Shown: positions 45,168 to 56,059 of the stretch, piece by piece
Numbering within the stretch: position 1 is the stretch's first letter
How the letters are laid out: each line of letters begins with the position of its first letter
Assembly (NCBI GenBank): GCA_045594445.1
Contig: JAZNYL010000092.1
Coordinates: forward strand, 787 to 64,786
Length of the DNA stretch: 64,000 nt
Origin: Eubacteriales bacterium
GTDB lineage: Bacteria > Bacillota > Clostridia > Oscillospirales > CAG-272
Direction of reading: 5' to 3'
The notes under the pieces: generated by a model
Told to the model about the DNA's origin: nothing
The model's database searches: none
The model's input: the letters and a program-made list of their open reading frames with translations, nothing else
Program-made: the position numbers and the translations under genes

Positions 45168-45265
45168 TCTTGAAGAAATAATTTACAAATACCTGTTTAC
45201 AAATTAAGAAATATGTAGTAAAATATATTCTGTATAATACTATGTCAATATCAGAGGTGATCGCT

Positions 45266-45985
45266 ATGAGTACCAAACCCGAATATCGCAGAATTGTCCT
45301 CAAGCTTTCCGGTGAAGCACTTGCTCCCGAGAACGCAAACGACGGCATTCTGGATTTTAGTAAGATCGAAAAGGTCGCTTCCGTCATCAAAAAGTGCAAG
45401 GAGATGGGCGTGCAGATCGCGGTCATCGTTGGTGCGGGCAACATTTGGAGAGGCAGAGTCGGCGGTGGCATGAACCACTCTCGCGCCGATCAGATGGGTA
45501 TGCTTGCCACAACCATCAACGCGCTTGCCATTCAGGATACCTTTATCAAGTGCGGCATCGATACCGTGGTGATGACCTCGGTGGAAATGCACGCGTATGC
45601 CGATTACTACACGGCAAGACATGCCGACCAGGCGTTGAACGAGGGCAAGGTCGTCGTGTTCGGATGCGGACTTGGTTGGCCTTATTTCTCCACCGACACG
45701 CCTGCTGTCGTCAGAGCAGCAGAGATTGAAGCAGACGTCGTGCTCATGGCAAAGAACGTGGATTATCTGTATACGGCAGATCCCAAAAAGGATCCCGATG
45801 CAAAGCCGATCTACGATATCACTTATGCAGAGATCCTGGATAAGGGACTCAAGGCATTTGACATGACCGCGGTCAGCTTCTGTAAGGAAAACAACATCAC
45901 CACCTACGGATTTGCACTCAGCGATCCCGAAAATATTTACCGCGTCGTCATGGGTGAGGCGATCGGAACCAAGATGCATAATTAA
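45266..45985 (+). CDS. pyrH: UMP kinase
   Basis: YRRIVLKLSGEAL, the VVGAGNIWRG motif and a C-terminal amino-acid-kinase fold. The ATG at 45266 follows GAGGTG. Confidence 0.95.
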   Translation: MSTKPEYRRIVLKLSGEALAPENANDGILDFSKIEKVASVIKKCKEMGVQIAVIVGAGNIWRGRVGGGMNHSRADQMGMLATTINALAIQDTFIKCGIDTVVMTSVEMHAYADYYTARHADQALNEGKVVVFGCGLGWPYFSTDTPAVVRAAEIEADVVLMAKNVDYLYTADPKKDPDAKPIYDITYAEILDKGLKAFDMTAVSFCKENNITTYGFALSDPENIYRVVMGEAIGTKMHN

Positions 45986-46018
45986 AATTACTTACATAGA
46001 ACAGAAAGGAACTACATT

Positions 46019-46573
46019 ATGGGCTACAATACCAAGGATTTTGAAGCAAAGCTTCAGAAAAACAACACAGCATACGAAAACAATCTTGAAAACATTCGCG
46101 CAAATCAGGCAAATCCCAAGCTGCTTTCCAGAATTTCGTTTGAATATTACGGTTCTCCCACACCTTTGAATACCATGGCAGATATCCGCGTTACCGATGC
46201 AAGAACGCTGACCATCATGCCTTACGACAAGTCCACTCTCAAGGCGATTGAAAAGGCAATCCTTGCGTCCGACATTGGTATTACCCCCAATAACGACGGT
46301 CAGGCAATCAGACTGGTATTCCCGCAGCTGACGCAGGACAGAAGAAAGGAACTCTCCAAGCAGGTCTCCAAGATGGGTGAGGAGGCAAAGGTTTCTGCCC
46401 GTATGATCCGTAAGAACGCCAACGACGAGATCAAGCAGCTCAAGAAGGATAACCTTCTGACCGAGGACGACGAAGAGAACGCAAAGAAGAAGGTTCAGGA
46501 TCTGACCGATAAGTACATCAAGCAGATCGACGTGATCACCGATAAGAAGATTGCTGAAATCATGGCAGTATAA
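46019..46573 (+). CDS. frr: Ribosome recycling factor
   Basis: 184 aa. Blocks: IRANQANPKLLSRISFEYYGSPTPL..., SDIGITPNNDG, LTQDRRKEL. Confidence 0.96.
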   Translation: MGYNTKDFEAKLQKNNTAYENNLENIRANQANPKLLSRISFEYYGSPTPLNTMADIRVTDARTLTIMPYDKSTLKAIEKAILASDIGITPNNDGQAIRLVFPQLTQDRRKELSKQVSKMGEEAKVSARMIRKNANDEIKQLKKDNLLTEDDEENAKKKVQDLTDKYIKQIDVITDKKIAEIMAV

Positions 46574-46579
46574 CAATAC

Positions 46580-46605
46580 GGCGGGTCGCACGACCCGCCT
46601 TTTGT
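46580..46605 (+). terminator. Terminator or attenuating hairpin after frr
   Basis: GGCGGGTC-gcac-GACCCGCC followed by TTTTGTT. Confidence 0.75.
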
Positions 46606-46620
46606 TGGATAAGGATGGGT

Positions 46621-47331
46621 ATGATAAATTCAAGCATCAAACAGGCCGTTGAAAAATCCGGCCTGCGCCATATTGCATTCATTATGGACGGAAACGGGCG
46701 TTGGGCACAAAAGCGCGGCTTACCCAGAACACACGGCCATAAGGAGGGCGTCAAAACCTTTGAGAGCATTGCGGACTATTGTTCTGAAATCGGCATTGAA
46801 GCGGTCACGGTCTATGCGTTTTCTACCGAGAATTGGAAACGCCCCAAGCCCGAGGTGGACGCTCTGATGAAGCTGGTTGAGCGATATCTTGACGAATTTG
46901 CAAAAACTGTGGATCAATATAGTGCAGAGCTGCACATCATTGGGGATACCTCCGTATTCACACCCACTCTGCAAAGCAAGATCCGCCTTGCCGAGGAACT
47001 GTCCCAAGGAAAGCCGTGCAAACTTTGCGTTGCACTCAATTACGGCGGACGCGACGAGATCGTGCACGCCTGTAATGCTTTGATCCAAGAGGGAAAAACG
47101 CAGGTAAGTGCACAGGACTTCTGCGCACGTCTGTATACGGCAAATATTCCGGATCCCGATCTGATCGTCAGAACCGGTGGGGAGATGCGCCTTTCCAACT
47201 TTCTTTTGTGGCAGGCAGCGTACGCGGAATTCTACGCAACGGATACGCTGTGGCCGGATATGAAGCCCTCCGACGTGGATCTGGCGATCGAGGCATTTTG
47301 CAATCGCTCCAGAAGATACGGCGGTATTTAA
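46621..47331 (+). CDS. uppS: Isoprenyl transferase (undecaprenyl-diphosphate synthase)
   Basis: HIAFIMDGNGRWA, AFSTENWKRP and RTGGEMRLSNFLLWQ motifs. The ATG at 46621 is better spaced from AAGGA than the one at 46615. Confidence 0.93.
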   Translation: MINSSIKQAVEKSGLRHIAFIMDGNGRWAQKRGLPRTHGHKEGVKTFESIADYCSEIGIEAVTVYAFSTENWKRPKPEVDALMKLVERYLDEFAKTVDQYSAELHIIGDTSVFTPTLQSKIRLAEELSQGKPCKLCVALNYGGRDEIVHACNALIQEGKTQVSAQDFCARLYTANIPDPDLIVRTGGEMRLSNFLLWQAAYAEFYATDTLWPDMKPSDVDLAIEAFCNRSRRYGGI

Positions 47332-47347
47332 TATTTGAGAGGTAGTT

Positions 47348-48175
47348 ATGTTAGTCAGAGTCATTTCAGCAGTTGTTGCACTTTGCATCCTGTTTCCCGT
47401 GGTATATTTCTCGGAAACGGCCGCTTTGCCGATTGCTGCAGCAATCGTATGCTGTATTTGTTTATTTGAAATGCTGGGCTGCCTGAAGCTCAGAAAAAAT
47501 CCGTGGGTTTCCATTCCGTTTTATCTGGTCGGCATCTTTGCACCGATCGGAATGCGATACATCCAGGATAAAAAGCTGCTGCTTGCATGCCTTTGCGGCT
47601 GCGTTGGCGTGCTGGCATTGATCATGCTGACTGTCAACGTATTTTCCAAGCGCAAGATTCCCACCGCGCAAACGGCATCCATGTTCATGACGGGATGCTA
47701 TATCATCGCAGCGTTTACGTCAATTGTCTATATCCGTGACAGCGGCGTTCACGGCAAGATTTTGCTGGTAATGATGTTTGCCGCTCCCTGGGTAACCGAT
47801 ACGTTTGCATATCTGTTTGGCAGACTGCTGGGCAAGCACAAGCTGATTCCCGAGGTCAGCCCCAAGAAAACGGTGGAGGGAAGCGTGGCAGGCATTCTGT
47901 TCTGTACCGTGTACGTATTGCTGTTTGGCTTTATCTGCACAAGAATCTGGGACGTCAGCTGCAACTACGTTGTCTTGGCTATCCTGGGCGTTGTGCTTTC
48001 CATCGTCGGTCAGATCGGCGACCTTGCCATGTCGGTGATCAAGAGAGAATACGATATTAAGGATTACGGCAAGATCATGCCCGGTCACGGCGGTGCTTTG
48101 GACAGATTTGACTCTGTGCTGGCAGTTTCGATCGTGGTTGCGGTGTTTGAGCTCTTCGTGGACGTATTTGCATGA
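47348..48175 (+). CDS. cdsA: Phosphatidate cytidylyltransferase
   Basis: Polytopic membrane protein with the C-terminal signature SVIKREYDIKDYGKIMPGHGGALDRFDS. Confidence 0.92.
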   Translation: MLVRVISAVVALCILFPVVYFSETAALPIAAAIVCCICLFEMLGCLKLRKNPWVSIPFYLVGIFAPIGMRYIQDKKLLLACLCGCVGVLALIMLTVNVFSKRKIPTAQTASMFMTGCYIIAAFTSIVYIRDSGVHGKILLVMMFAAPWVTDTFAYLFGRLLGKHKLIPEVSPKKTVEGSVAGILFCTVYVLLFGFICTRIWDVSCNYVVLAILGVVLSIVGQIGDLAMSVIKREYDIKDYGKIMPGHGGALDRFDSVLAVSIVVAVFELFVDVFA

Positions 48176-49347
48176 TGAACGAATATCCTTCCATGATCGT
48201 GCTTGGCGCCACCGGTTCTGTCGGCTTGCAGGCCGTCGACGTCGCCTTGAAGCACAGCGTTCGCGTGGACGCCTTGAGTGCCAATCAGAACGTCACGAAA
48301 ACCGAGGAGCTGATCCGCGCACTCAATCCAAAAGCGTGCGCGATGGCAGAAGAAGCGTGTGCCGCTGATCTTGCGGTGCGCGTCCGTGATCTGCCCGTGA
48401 AAATCTATGCGGGAGCAGACGGTATCTGTGAAATGATCACGCATACAAATGCAGAAAGCGAGCGCCAGATCGTGCTCAATTCCATTCTCGGACAAGCGGG
48501 ATTGGCCCCCACCATGGCAACGCTGCAAGCGGGAAAACAGCTGGCACTTGCTAACAAGGAATCGCTGGTGATTGCAGGCGAGCTGGTCATGCCGCTTGCC
48601 AAGCAAAAGGGCATTGATATCCTGCCCGTGGACAGTGAGCATTGTGCCATTTATCAATGTCTGCGCGCCGGAGCTGCCAAAGAGATCAAAAGAATCATGC
48701 TCACGGCCTCCGGAGGTCCTTTTTACGGCTATAACCGCGAGCAGCTGGAGAATGTTACCTTGCAAAAAACGCTTGCGCACCCCACTTGGAATATGGGCGC
48801 AAAGATCACGGTTGACAGCGCAAGCATGATGAATAAGGGCTTTGAGGTCATTGAAGCCGTACACCTGTTTGGCGTCAAGCCCGAGCAGGTAGAGGTCACC
48901 GTGCACCGCGAAAGCATAATTCATTCCGCGGTGGAGTATATTGATAATAACGTCATAGCACAGCTCTCCGTTCCGGATATGCGATCCTGCGTGCAATATG
49001 CGCTGACACATCCGCATCGTACCGATGCTGCTATTGATCAGTTGGATTGGTTCAAGCTTGGCACGCTTACCTTTGGCCGTCCCGATCTTGAAACCTTTAC
49101 GCTGCTTGGCCTTGCGTTTGATTGTATTGCCAAGGGCGGAGCTTTGCCGGCAGTACTCAACGCAGCAAACGAAGTGTGCGTCGCGGCATTTTTAAAGGAA
49201 CAGCTTTCTTTCTGCGGTATCATGGATACGGTTGGAGCGGTTGTTTCCGATATGCAAGGCGCATCTGAGTGCCATACGATGCAAGAGATCCTTGCGTGCG
49301 ACAACGCGGCAAGAGAACTGGCAAACAAGTATTTGAATAAACATTAA
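48172..49347 (+). CDS. dxr: 1-deoxy-D-xylulose-5-phosphate reductoisomerase
   Basis: VLGATGSVGLQAVDV, LANKESLV, PVDSEH and NKGFEVIEA motifs. ATGA overlap with cdsA. Confidence 0.95.
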   Translation: MMNEYPSMIVLGATGSVGLQAVDVALKHSVRVDALSANQNVTKTEELIRALNPKACAMAEEACAADLAVRVRDLPVKIYAGADGICEMITHTNAESERQIVLNSILGQAGLAPTMATLQAGKQLALANKESLVIAGELVMPLAKQKGIDILPVDSEHCAIYQCLRAGAAKEIKRIMLTASGGPFYGYNREQLENVTLQKTLAHPTWNMGAKITVDSASMMNKGFEVIEAVHLFGVKPEQVEVTVHRESIIHSAVEYIDNNVIAQLSVPDMRSCVQYALTHPHRTDAAIDQLDWFKLGTLTFGRPDLETFTLLGLAFDCIAKGGALPAVLNAANEVCVAAFLKEQLSFCGIMDTVGAVVSDMQGASECHTMQEILACDNAARELANKYLNKH

Positions 49348-49368
49348 CCCCAAAAGAGGAGAATTTCA

Positions 49369-50457
49369 TTGGATATCCTGTTACAAAACCCTGCGATTAA
49401 GGGCGCGCTGTATATCGTGCTTGCCATTGGTATTTTCAGCGCCCTGATCATGATTCACGAATTCGGACATTATCTTACGGCCAGACTCTGCGGCGTTACC
49501 GTGCACGAATTTGCACTCGGTATGGGCCCGCAGATCTTTTCGCGCGTTTCCAAAAAGTCCGGCATTCGATATTCAGTCCGACTGTTTTTGATCGGCGGAT
49601 ACGTCAGCATGGATGGTGAGGACGGCGATTCGGAAAACCCGAATGCGTTTTGCAACAAGAATATCTGGAAGCGCATTCTGATCATTGTAGCAGGTGCGGG
49701 AATGAATATCCTGCTTGGCTTTATCGCGATGTTTATTCTGACCACCATCACCGTCGCATCTACCGACGGTGCGCTGTTGCCCACCAACGTGGTAGCCGAG
49801 TTTGTGGATGGCGCAACCTCCAATCAAGCAGGCGAATCCGGCTTGATGGAAGGCGACCGCATCGTGATCGTGGATGGCGTACCGGTGTTTACGGGATACG
49901 ATCTTATCTATGAAATCACCAACAGCGCCTACGAGCCTGTTGACATGGTCGTGATCAGAAACGATAATATATGCCGCCTGAATGATGTTACTTTCCCGAC
50001 AACCGAGGAAAACGGCGTCGTATTCGGCTCATACGACTTCAAAGTATACGGAAAATCACCCAATGTGTTCAATTTGGCCACATACTCGGTCAACCGCTCT
50101 ATATCCACCGTGAAAATGGTGTACGATTCGCTGTTTGATCTGCTGCGAGGCAGATACGGTGCGGAGGCAGTTTCCGGTCCCGTAGGAACCACACAGGTCA
50201 TTGGTGAAGCTGCCCAGCAGGGCGGGGCAACGCTGCTTTATCTGGTCGCTGTCATTACCATCAACTTGGGTGTATTCAATTTATTGCCCGTACCCGCGCT
50301 GGATGGCGGCAGACTTTTGTTCCTGGTCATTGAGCTGTTCCGAGGAAAGCCGATCAACCGTAACCTGGAGGGATACGTCCATTTCGTCGGAATATTGATT
50401 CTGTTTGCACTTATGGCCATTATTTCAATCAAGGACGTAATAGGATTATTCACATGA
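49369..50457 (+). CDS. rseP: RIP metalloprotease RseP/RasP (site-2 protease)
   Basis: The HEFGHY zinc motif lies in TM1, followed by a PDZ-like middle region and the C-terminal NLLPVPALDGG motif. TTG start at 49369 after AAGAGGAG. Confidence 0.9.
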   Translation: MDILLQNPAIKGALYIVLAIGIFSALIMIHEFGHYLTARLCGVTVHEFALGMGPQIFSRVSKKSGIRYSVRLFLIGGYVSMDGEDGDSENPNAFCNKNIWKRILIIVAGAGMNILLGFIAMFILTTITVASTDGALLPTNVVAEFVDGATSNQAGESGLMEGDRIVIVDGVPVFTGYDLIYEITNSAYEPVDMVVIRNDNICRLNDVTFPTTEENGVVFGSYDFKVYGKSPNVFNLATYSVNRSISTVKMVYDSLFDLLRGRYGAEAVSGPVGTTQVIGEAAQQGGATLLYLVAVITINLGVFNLLPVPALDGGRLLFLVIELFRGKPINRNLEGYVHFVGILILFALMAIISIKDVIGLFT

Positions 50458-51545
50458 TGGATTATCAGAAAATCAGAAGAAAGACACGCGCTGTCCGAGT
50501 CGGTAACGTTATCATAGGCGGAAATGCAAAGATTTCCATTCAGTCCATGACCAACACCGACACCAAGGACGCAGCAGCAACCATAGCACAGGCCCGTGCG
50601 TTGGAGCAGGCGGGCTGCGATATCGTTCGCATAACCGTACCCGATCGCGAGAGTGCGAATACCATCACCAAGATCAAGCAGGCTGGAATTTGCGTCCCCA
50701 TCGTTGCAGATATTCATTTTGACTATCGCGCAGCACTTGCGTGTGCTGAGCAAGGTGTGGATAAAATACGTATCAATCCGGGCAACATCGGAGACGAGAA
50801 TCGTGTGAAAGCGGTCGTGAACGCTTGTATGCAAAGAAGTATTCCGATCCGCATCGGCGTCAACAGCGGATCTTTGGAAAAGCACATCTTGGCAAAGCAC
50901 GGAGCTCCCACTCCCGAGGCACTTTGCGAGTCTGCTATGTATCATGCAGCACTTTTGGAAAAGTTTGATTTTGAGGATATTGTCATTTCCATCAAGGGAT
51001 CCTCGGTTGAGCAAATGATCAAAGCAAATCGTTTGGTAGCCGAGCGGTGCTCCTACCCCATTCATATTGGGGTAACAGAGGCAGGGAGTGAGCAATACGG
51101 TATGATCAAGAGTGCCGCAGGCATCGGTGCCTTGCTGTGCGACGGCATCGGTGACACCATGCGCGTATCGCTGACGGCTGACCCCGTCAAAGAGGTCAAG
51201 GCAGCGCAAAGCATTCTGGACGCACTGGAGATTCAAGGGCAATGCGGCATGAATATCGTCAGCTGTCCAACCTGCGGCAGAACCAAAATTGATCTGATCA
51301 AGCTTGAAAAGCAATTCAGGGAAGCAGCCGAACGTGAAGAGCTGCTGAATTTTCCAATCAAGGTAGCCTTGATGGGCTGCATTGTCAACGGCCCCGGAGA
51401 AGCAAGAGAAGCCGATATTGGAATTGCCGGCGGCAATGGAGAGGCTCTGCTGATTTCACGCGGAGAGATTATCAAAAAGATAAAAGAAGAAGCAATTATT
51501 GAAGCCTTGATCCAAGCGATCAAAGAGATGAAGAATCAGAAATAA
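50454..51545 (+). CDS. ispG: 4-hydroxy-3-methylbut-2-en-1-yl diphosphate synthase (flavodoxin)
   Basis: IQSMTNTDT, KIRINPGNIG, the Cys ligands (SCPTCGR...GCIVNGPGE) and an ATGA overlap with rseP. Confidence 0.95.
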   Translation: MMDYQKIRRKTRAVRVGNVIIGGNAKISIQSMTNTDTKDAAATIAQARALEQAGCDIVRITVPDRESANTITKIKQAGICVPIVADIHFDYRAALACAEQGVDKIRINPGNIGDENRVKAVVNACMQRSIPIRIGVNSGSLEKHILAKHGAPTPEALCESAMYHAALLEKFDFEDIVISIKGSSVEQMIKANRLVAERCSYPIHIGVTEAGSEQYGMIKSAAGIGALLCDGIGDTMRVSLTADPVKEVKAAQSILDALEIQGQCGMNIVSCPTCGRTKIDLIKLEKQFREAAEREELLNFPIKVALMGCIVNGPGEAREADIGIAGGNGEALLISRGEIIKKIKEEAIIEALIQAIKEMKNQK

Positions 51546-51596
51546 GAATACAAACAAATTATCGAGAAATTAAAAGTTTAAAACACGAGGTCTGGA

Positions 51597-54500
51597 ATGA
51601 AAAAGACGTTTCTTGAGATATTTCATAAATATCACCCCGATAGCTATACGGAAAAACTGTTATTGACCATCACGGATATCAAGCTGATGGCTGACAAGGA
51701 ATTGAAGATTATTGAGATTACGGCGCATTTTCCGCGAATTGTGGAAAAGATCGATCTGTATCGCATTCAGGAGGAGATCCGCAATGCTTACGATCTCAAT
51801 CGTGTCAAGATACTGCCCAAATACGATGCTGAGCTGTTTGACGAGGACTATATTCCGCAGCTGCTTGCAGAGACCGAAGAGGTCGGCATCGTTGCAAGAG
51901 GCTTTTTCCATCGCTATAAATACAAGCTTGAAGCGGGTGTACTGACAGTAGAACTGCCCGTGATTGACGCGGGCATTTTGCTTATGGAGGATGCACGCAC
52001 GCCTCAGATCATGGAGAACATTTTGTTCTCGGAATTTGGCATACATATCAAGGTCAAGATCGTGCACTCGGAGGATTTTAATCAGAACGAGCGCAGCGAG
52101 CTTTATATGCGCGAGCTGGAGGAGCTGGATAAGCGACTTGCGCAGGCAGCCAAAGAATACGATAGAGCCCAAGAGCAGGGAAGCTATACCTCCAAAGCAA
52201 CCGCACCGCAGGGCATTGAGCAGCCCGAATTCCCCAGAATCCGATCCGTGTACGACGAGGATCCCACGCCCATCATTGTAGACGGCATCTGCACGATCGG
52301 ACACACGTCCTACGATATTTCTGCTGTGGAATACGTCAAGGGCGACGCCTTTGAAATCAAGCCCACCCCCATTGCATCGTTGGACAAGCCAGTGCGCAAC
52401 GTCGTGATCTTGGGTGAGATTTACGCTTTTAACAAAGAGCGTAACCGTACGGGTGAAAAGTTCAACCTGAACTACTGTATCACGGACGGCAACTCTTCCA
52501 TTGAAATCAAATCCTTCAACGTAGAGCCCGAGGAATCGGATGAAATTTGCAAGGTCATCTCAAACGGAGCGGTCGTGGCCATGAAGGGATACACCAAATA
52601 CGAAACCAAAAAAAGTAAGGATGGCAACCGTACCGAGGGGCCGGATTGCCTGTTCTATCCCGTTGAGATAGCAAAGATCAAGAAGCTTGCGCGTAAGGAC
52701 AATGCATCCGTCAAGCGTGTGGAACTGCACCTGCATACGCAGATGTCCACCATGGACGCGCTGATTCCTCCGTCCGCTGCTGTCAAGCAGGCAAATAAAT
52801 GGGGACACCCAGCCGTTGCAATCACTGACCACGGCAACGTGCAGGCTTATCAGGAAGCCATGCTGACGGCAGAAAAGATCGGTCAGAAGGTCATTTACGG
52901 TATGGAGGCATACTTTGTCAACGATACTGCGGGAGCGGTGACCGGCAACTGCGCATATACCCCTTACGACGAGTGTATCGTTTTCGATATAGAAACCACG
53001 GGTCTGTCCGCCAAAACCTGCAAGATCACCGAAATCGGTGCCGTGCGCATCAAACAGGGGGAGGTGATTGACACGTTCAACACCTTCGTCAATCCCGAGG
53101 TGCCTATCCCCGCAGAAATTGTCAATCTGACCGGTATTACGGATGATATGGTCAAGGATGCACCCAAGATCAAAGAGGCTCTGGAAGCGTTTTATGCCTT
53201 TATAGGCGACGTGAAAGGTGCTCCCCCCAAGCTGTTGATCGCACACAACGCAAGCTTTGATATCGGTTTTATCCGTCATAACGCGCAGGAATGCGGCATG
53301 GAGCTTCGCAATCCTTATCTGGACACCGTGGCTCTTTCCAGATTCCTCAATCCTTCGCTGAATAAGCATAAGCTGAATTTGCTCGCAGAGCACTATCAGC
53401 TGGGAGATTTCAATCATCACCGTGCAAGCGACGACGCAGAAATGCTGGCACACATTTATTTCCAAATGTGCGAGCAGATGAAGTCGGCCGAGATTTATAC
53501 CTTTGAGCAGCTTTGTCACGAAATGACTGTCAGCTCGGATCCGCTCAAGCTCAAGCCGTACCATCAGATTCTGTTGGTCAAAAACGCAACCGGACTGAAG
53601 AATCTTTACAAGCTGGTTTCTATGAGTAATTTGCAGTATTATCGCAGAAGTCCGCGTATACCAAAAACGCAGCTTGAAAAGTACCGCGAGGGCCTGATCA
53701 TCGGCTCTGCCTGCGAGGCAGGCGAAATCTTTACGGCAATCCTTGAAAATAAGAGTGAGGCCGAACTGGAGGATCTGGTATCCTTCTACGATTATCTGGA
53801 GATCCAGCCAATCACCAACAACATGTTCTTGATTGATGAGGGTAAGGTTGCAGACGAGGAAGGATTGCGTGATCTTAACCGCAGAATTGTGGCTTTGGGT
53901 GAACAGTATCATAAGCCTGTCGTTGCAACGTGCGACGCGCATTTTCTGAATAAGGAGGACGGTATTTACCGTAAGATTCTGCTTTGCGGTCAGAAATTCA
54001 AGGACGGCGACAGAGATATTTTCCTGTATTATCGTACTACGGAGGAAATGCTGGAGGAATTCGCTTATCTTGGAGAGGAGAAAGCGTACGAGGTGGTCGT
54101 GACCAATACCAACTTGATCAACGACATGATCGATAGCGATATCCGTCCTTTCCCCAAGGGAACATTCACGCCTACCATGGACGGAGCGGAGGAGGATCTG
54201 CAGCGCATCTGCTGGGAAAAGGCCAAAAAGATGTACGGCGATCCGCTGCCCGAGATCGTTTCCTCGCGTTTGGCAAGAGAACTGGAATCCATCATCAAAA
54301 ACGGTTTTGCCGTGCTTTACATGATTGCGCAAAAGCTGGTATGGTACAGCGAGCAGCAGGGCTATCTGGTCGGCTCGCGTGGCTCGGTCGGCTCGTCGGT
54401 CGTTGCCTCTATGGCAGGCATTTCTGAGGTCAACCCGCTACCTGCACATTATTGGTGCCCCAACTGCCAGTATTCCGACTTTGAATATGCCAAAAAGCAT

Positions 54501-56045
54501 AAGATCGGCTCTGGCTTTGACCTGCCTGACGCCAACTGTCCCAAGTGCGGCACAAAGCTCAATTACGACGGACACGATATCCCGTTTGAGACCTTCCTTG
54601 GATTCTACGGTGATAAATCGCCCGATATTGACCTGAACTTCTCGGGTGAGGTGCAGGGCAAGGTACATAAATATACCGAAGAACTGTTCGGCGCAGAAAA
54701 CGTGTTCCGTGCGGGCACGATCGGCACGCTTGCGGACAAGACCGCATACGGCTACGTCATGAAGTATTTTGAGGAACGCAACGTCAGCGTTTCCAACGCA
54801 GAGGCCAACCGTCTTGTTGCTAACTGTGTTGGCGTCAAACGTAATACCGGTCAGCACCCCGGCGGTATTGTCGTAGTTCCCAAAACCATGGAAATCTACG
54901 ATTTCTGTCCGGTACAGCATCCTGCCGAGGACGTCAAATCCGATATCGTCACCACGCACTTCACGTTTGAATATCTGCACGATACGCTGCTCAAGCTGGA
55001 CGAGCTTGGACACGATATGCCGACCAAGTATAAGTACCTTGAAAAGTACTCGGATACGAGCGTTTTGGACGTTCCCATGAACGACCGCTCAATCTACGAG
55101 CTGTTCTTGTCCACCAAACCGCTTGGCATCTCTCCCGAAGACATCAACTGTCCGCTTGGCACGCTCGGTCTGCCCGAGCTTGGTACAAGGTTCGTTATCA
55201 AGATGCTGCAGGAATGTAAACCGCAGACCTTCTCGGACCTTTTACAGATTTCCGGTCTTTCGCACGGTACCGACGTTTGGACCAACAACGCGCAGGAACT
55301 GATCAAAAACGGCACCTGCACCATTTCCGAGGTTATCGGTACGCGTGACTCGATCATGCTGGCGCTCATTGATTACGGCGTGCAAAAGGACCACGCCTTC
55401 AAGATCATGGAAATGGTCAGAAAGGGAAAGGGACTAACGCCCGAATACGAGCAGGAAATGCTGGCTGCAGGCGTTCCTGAGTGGTATATCTGGTCTTGTA
55501 AGAGAATCAAATACATGTTCCCGAAAGCACACGCGGCAGCTTACGATATGTCCGCTATCCGTCTTGGATGGTATAAGGTGCATATCCCGCTTGCGTTCTA
55601 TTGTGCGATGTTTACCGTGCAGCCGGACGGCTTTGACGGTGAGCTGATCATGAAAGGGAAGAAGGCCCTGATGGCGCACATCAAGGACATTGAAACCCGC
55701 GGGCTTGAGGCATCTCCCAAGGAGCAGGCAAGCCTTGCCGTGCTGCAGCTTGCCAACGAGGCGTTTGCCCGTGGCATCAGATTCCTACCCGTTGACCTGG
55801 AAAAATCGGATTGGCGTGAATTTTTGCCCGAAAACGGCAAGATCCGTCTGCCGTTCTCGTCCTTGTCCGGCCTTGGCGAAACCGCTGCCGAGAATATTGT
55901 CCGCGCACGCGAGGAAGAGCCGTTCTTCTCCGTGGAGGATCTCAAGATCCGCGCAAAGCTGTCGCAAGCGGTGATTGACATTTTGCGTAGAAACGGCGTT
56001 CTGGACGGTATCAACGAAACCGACCAGTTGACTTTTAATTTCTGA
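51597..56045 (+). CDS. polC: DNA polymerase III PolC-type (Gram-positive replicative polymerase)
   Basis: 1482 aa with a PHP domain (VELHLHTQMS). The DEDD exonuclease (VFDIETTGLS...HNASFD...HRASDDA) is inserted in the PHP domain. A zinc-finger CPNC...CPKC and a C-terminal HhH are present. Confidence 0.97.
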   Translation: MKKTFLEIFHKYHPDSYTEKLLLTITDIKLMADKELKIIEITAHFPRIVEKIDLYRIQEEIRNAYDLNRVKILPKYDAELFDEDYIPQLLAETEEVGIVARGFFHRYKYKLEAGVLTVELPVIDAGILLMEDARTPQIMENILFSEFGIHIKVKIVHSEDFNQNERSELYMRELEELDKRLAQAAKEYDRAQEQGSYTSKATAPQGIEQPEFPRIRSVYDEDPTPIIVDGICTIGHTSYDISAVEYVKGDAFEIKPTPIASLDKPVRNVVILGEIYAFNKERNRTGEKFNLNYCITDGNSSIEIKSFNVEPEESDEICKVISNGAVVAMKGYTKYETKKSKDGNRTEGPDCLFYPVEIAKIKKLARKDNASVKRVELHLHTQMSTMDALIPPSAAVKQANKWGHPAVAITDHGNVQAYQEAMLTAEKIGQKVIYGMEAYFVNDTAGAVTGNCAYTPYDECIVFDIETTGLSAKTCKITEIGAVRIKQGEVIDTFNTFVNPEVPIPAEIVNLTGITDDMVKDAPKIKEALEAFYAFIGDVKGAPPKLLIAHNASFDIGFIRHNAQECGMELRNPYLDTVALSRFLNPSLNKHKLNLLAEHYQLGDFNHHRASDDAEMLAHIYFQMCEQMKSAEIYTFEQLCHEMTVSSDPLKLKPYHQILLVKNATGLKNLYKLVSMSNLQYYRRSPRIPKTQLEKYREGLIIGSACEAGEIFTAILENKSEAELEDLVSFYDYLEIQPITNNMFLIDEGKVADEEGLRDLNRRIVALGEQYHKPVVATCDAHFLNKEDGIYRKILLCGQKFKDGDRDIFLYYRTTEEMLEEFAYLGEEKAYEVVVTNTNLINDMIDSDIRPFPKGTFTPTMDGAEEDLQRICWEKAKKMYGDPLPEIVSSRLARELESIIKNGFAVLYMIAQKLVWYSEQQGYLVGSRGSVGSSVVASMAGISEVNPLPAHYWCPNCQYSDFEYAKKHKIGSGFDLPDANCPKCGTKLNYDGHDIPFETFLGFYGDKSPDIDLNFSGEVQGKVHKYTEELFGAENVFRAGTIGTLADKTAYGYVMKYFEERNVSVSNAEANRLVANCVGVKRNTGQHPGGIVVVPKTMEIYDFCPVQHPAEDVKSDIVTTHFTFEYLHDTLLKLDELGHDMPTKYKYLEKYSDTSVLDVPMNDRSIYELFLSTKPLGISPEDINCPLGTLGLPELGTRFVIKMLQECKPQTFSDLLQISGLSHGTDVWTNNAQELIKNGTCTISEVIGTRDSIMLALIDYGVQKDHAFKIMEMVRKGKGLTPEYEQEMLAAGVPEWYIWSCKRIKYMFPKAHAAAYDMSAIRLGWYKVHIPLAFYCAMFTVQPDGFDGELIMKGKKALMAHIKDIETRGLEASPKEQASLAVLQLANEAFARGIRFLPVDLEKSDWREFLPENGKIRLPFSSLSGLGETAAENIVRAREEEPFFSVEDLKIRAKLSQAVIDILRRNGVLDGINETDQLTFNF

Positions 56046-56059
56046 ACCGGAGGTTAATT

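Noticed and set aside
52560-54332. 590-aa ORF on the minus strand
   Set aside because: Antisense shadow ORF within polC. The product is featureless and polC occupies the locus convincingly.
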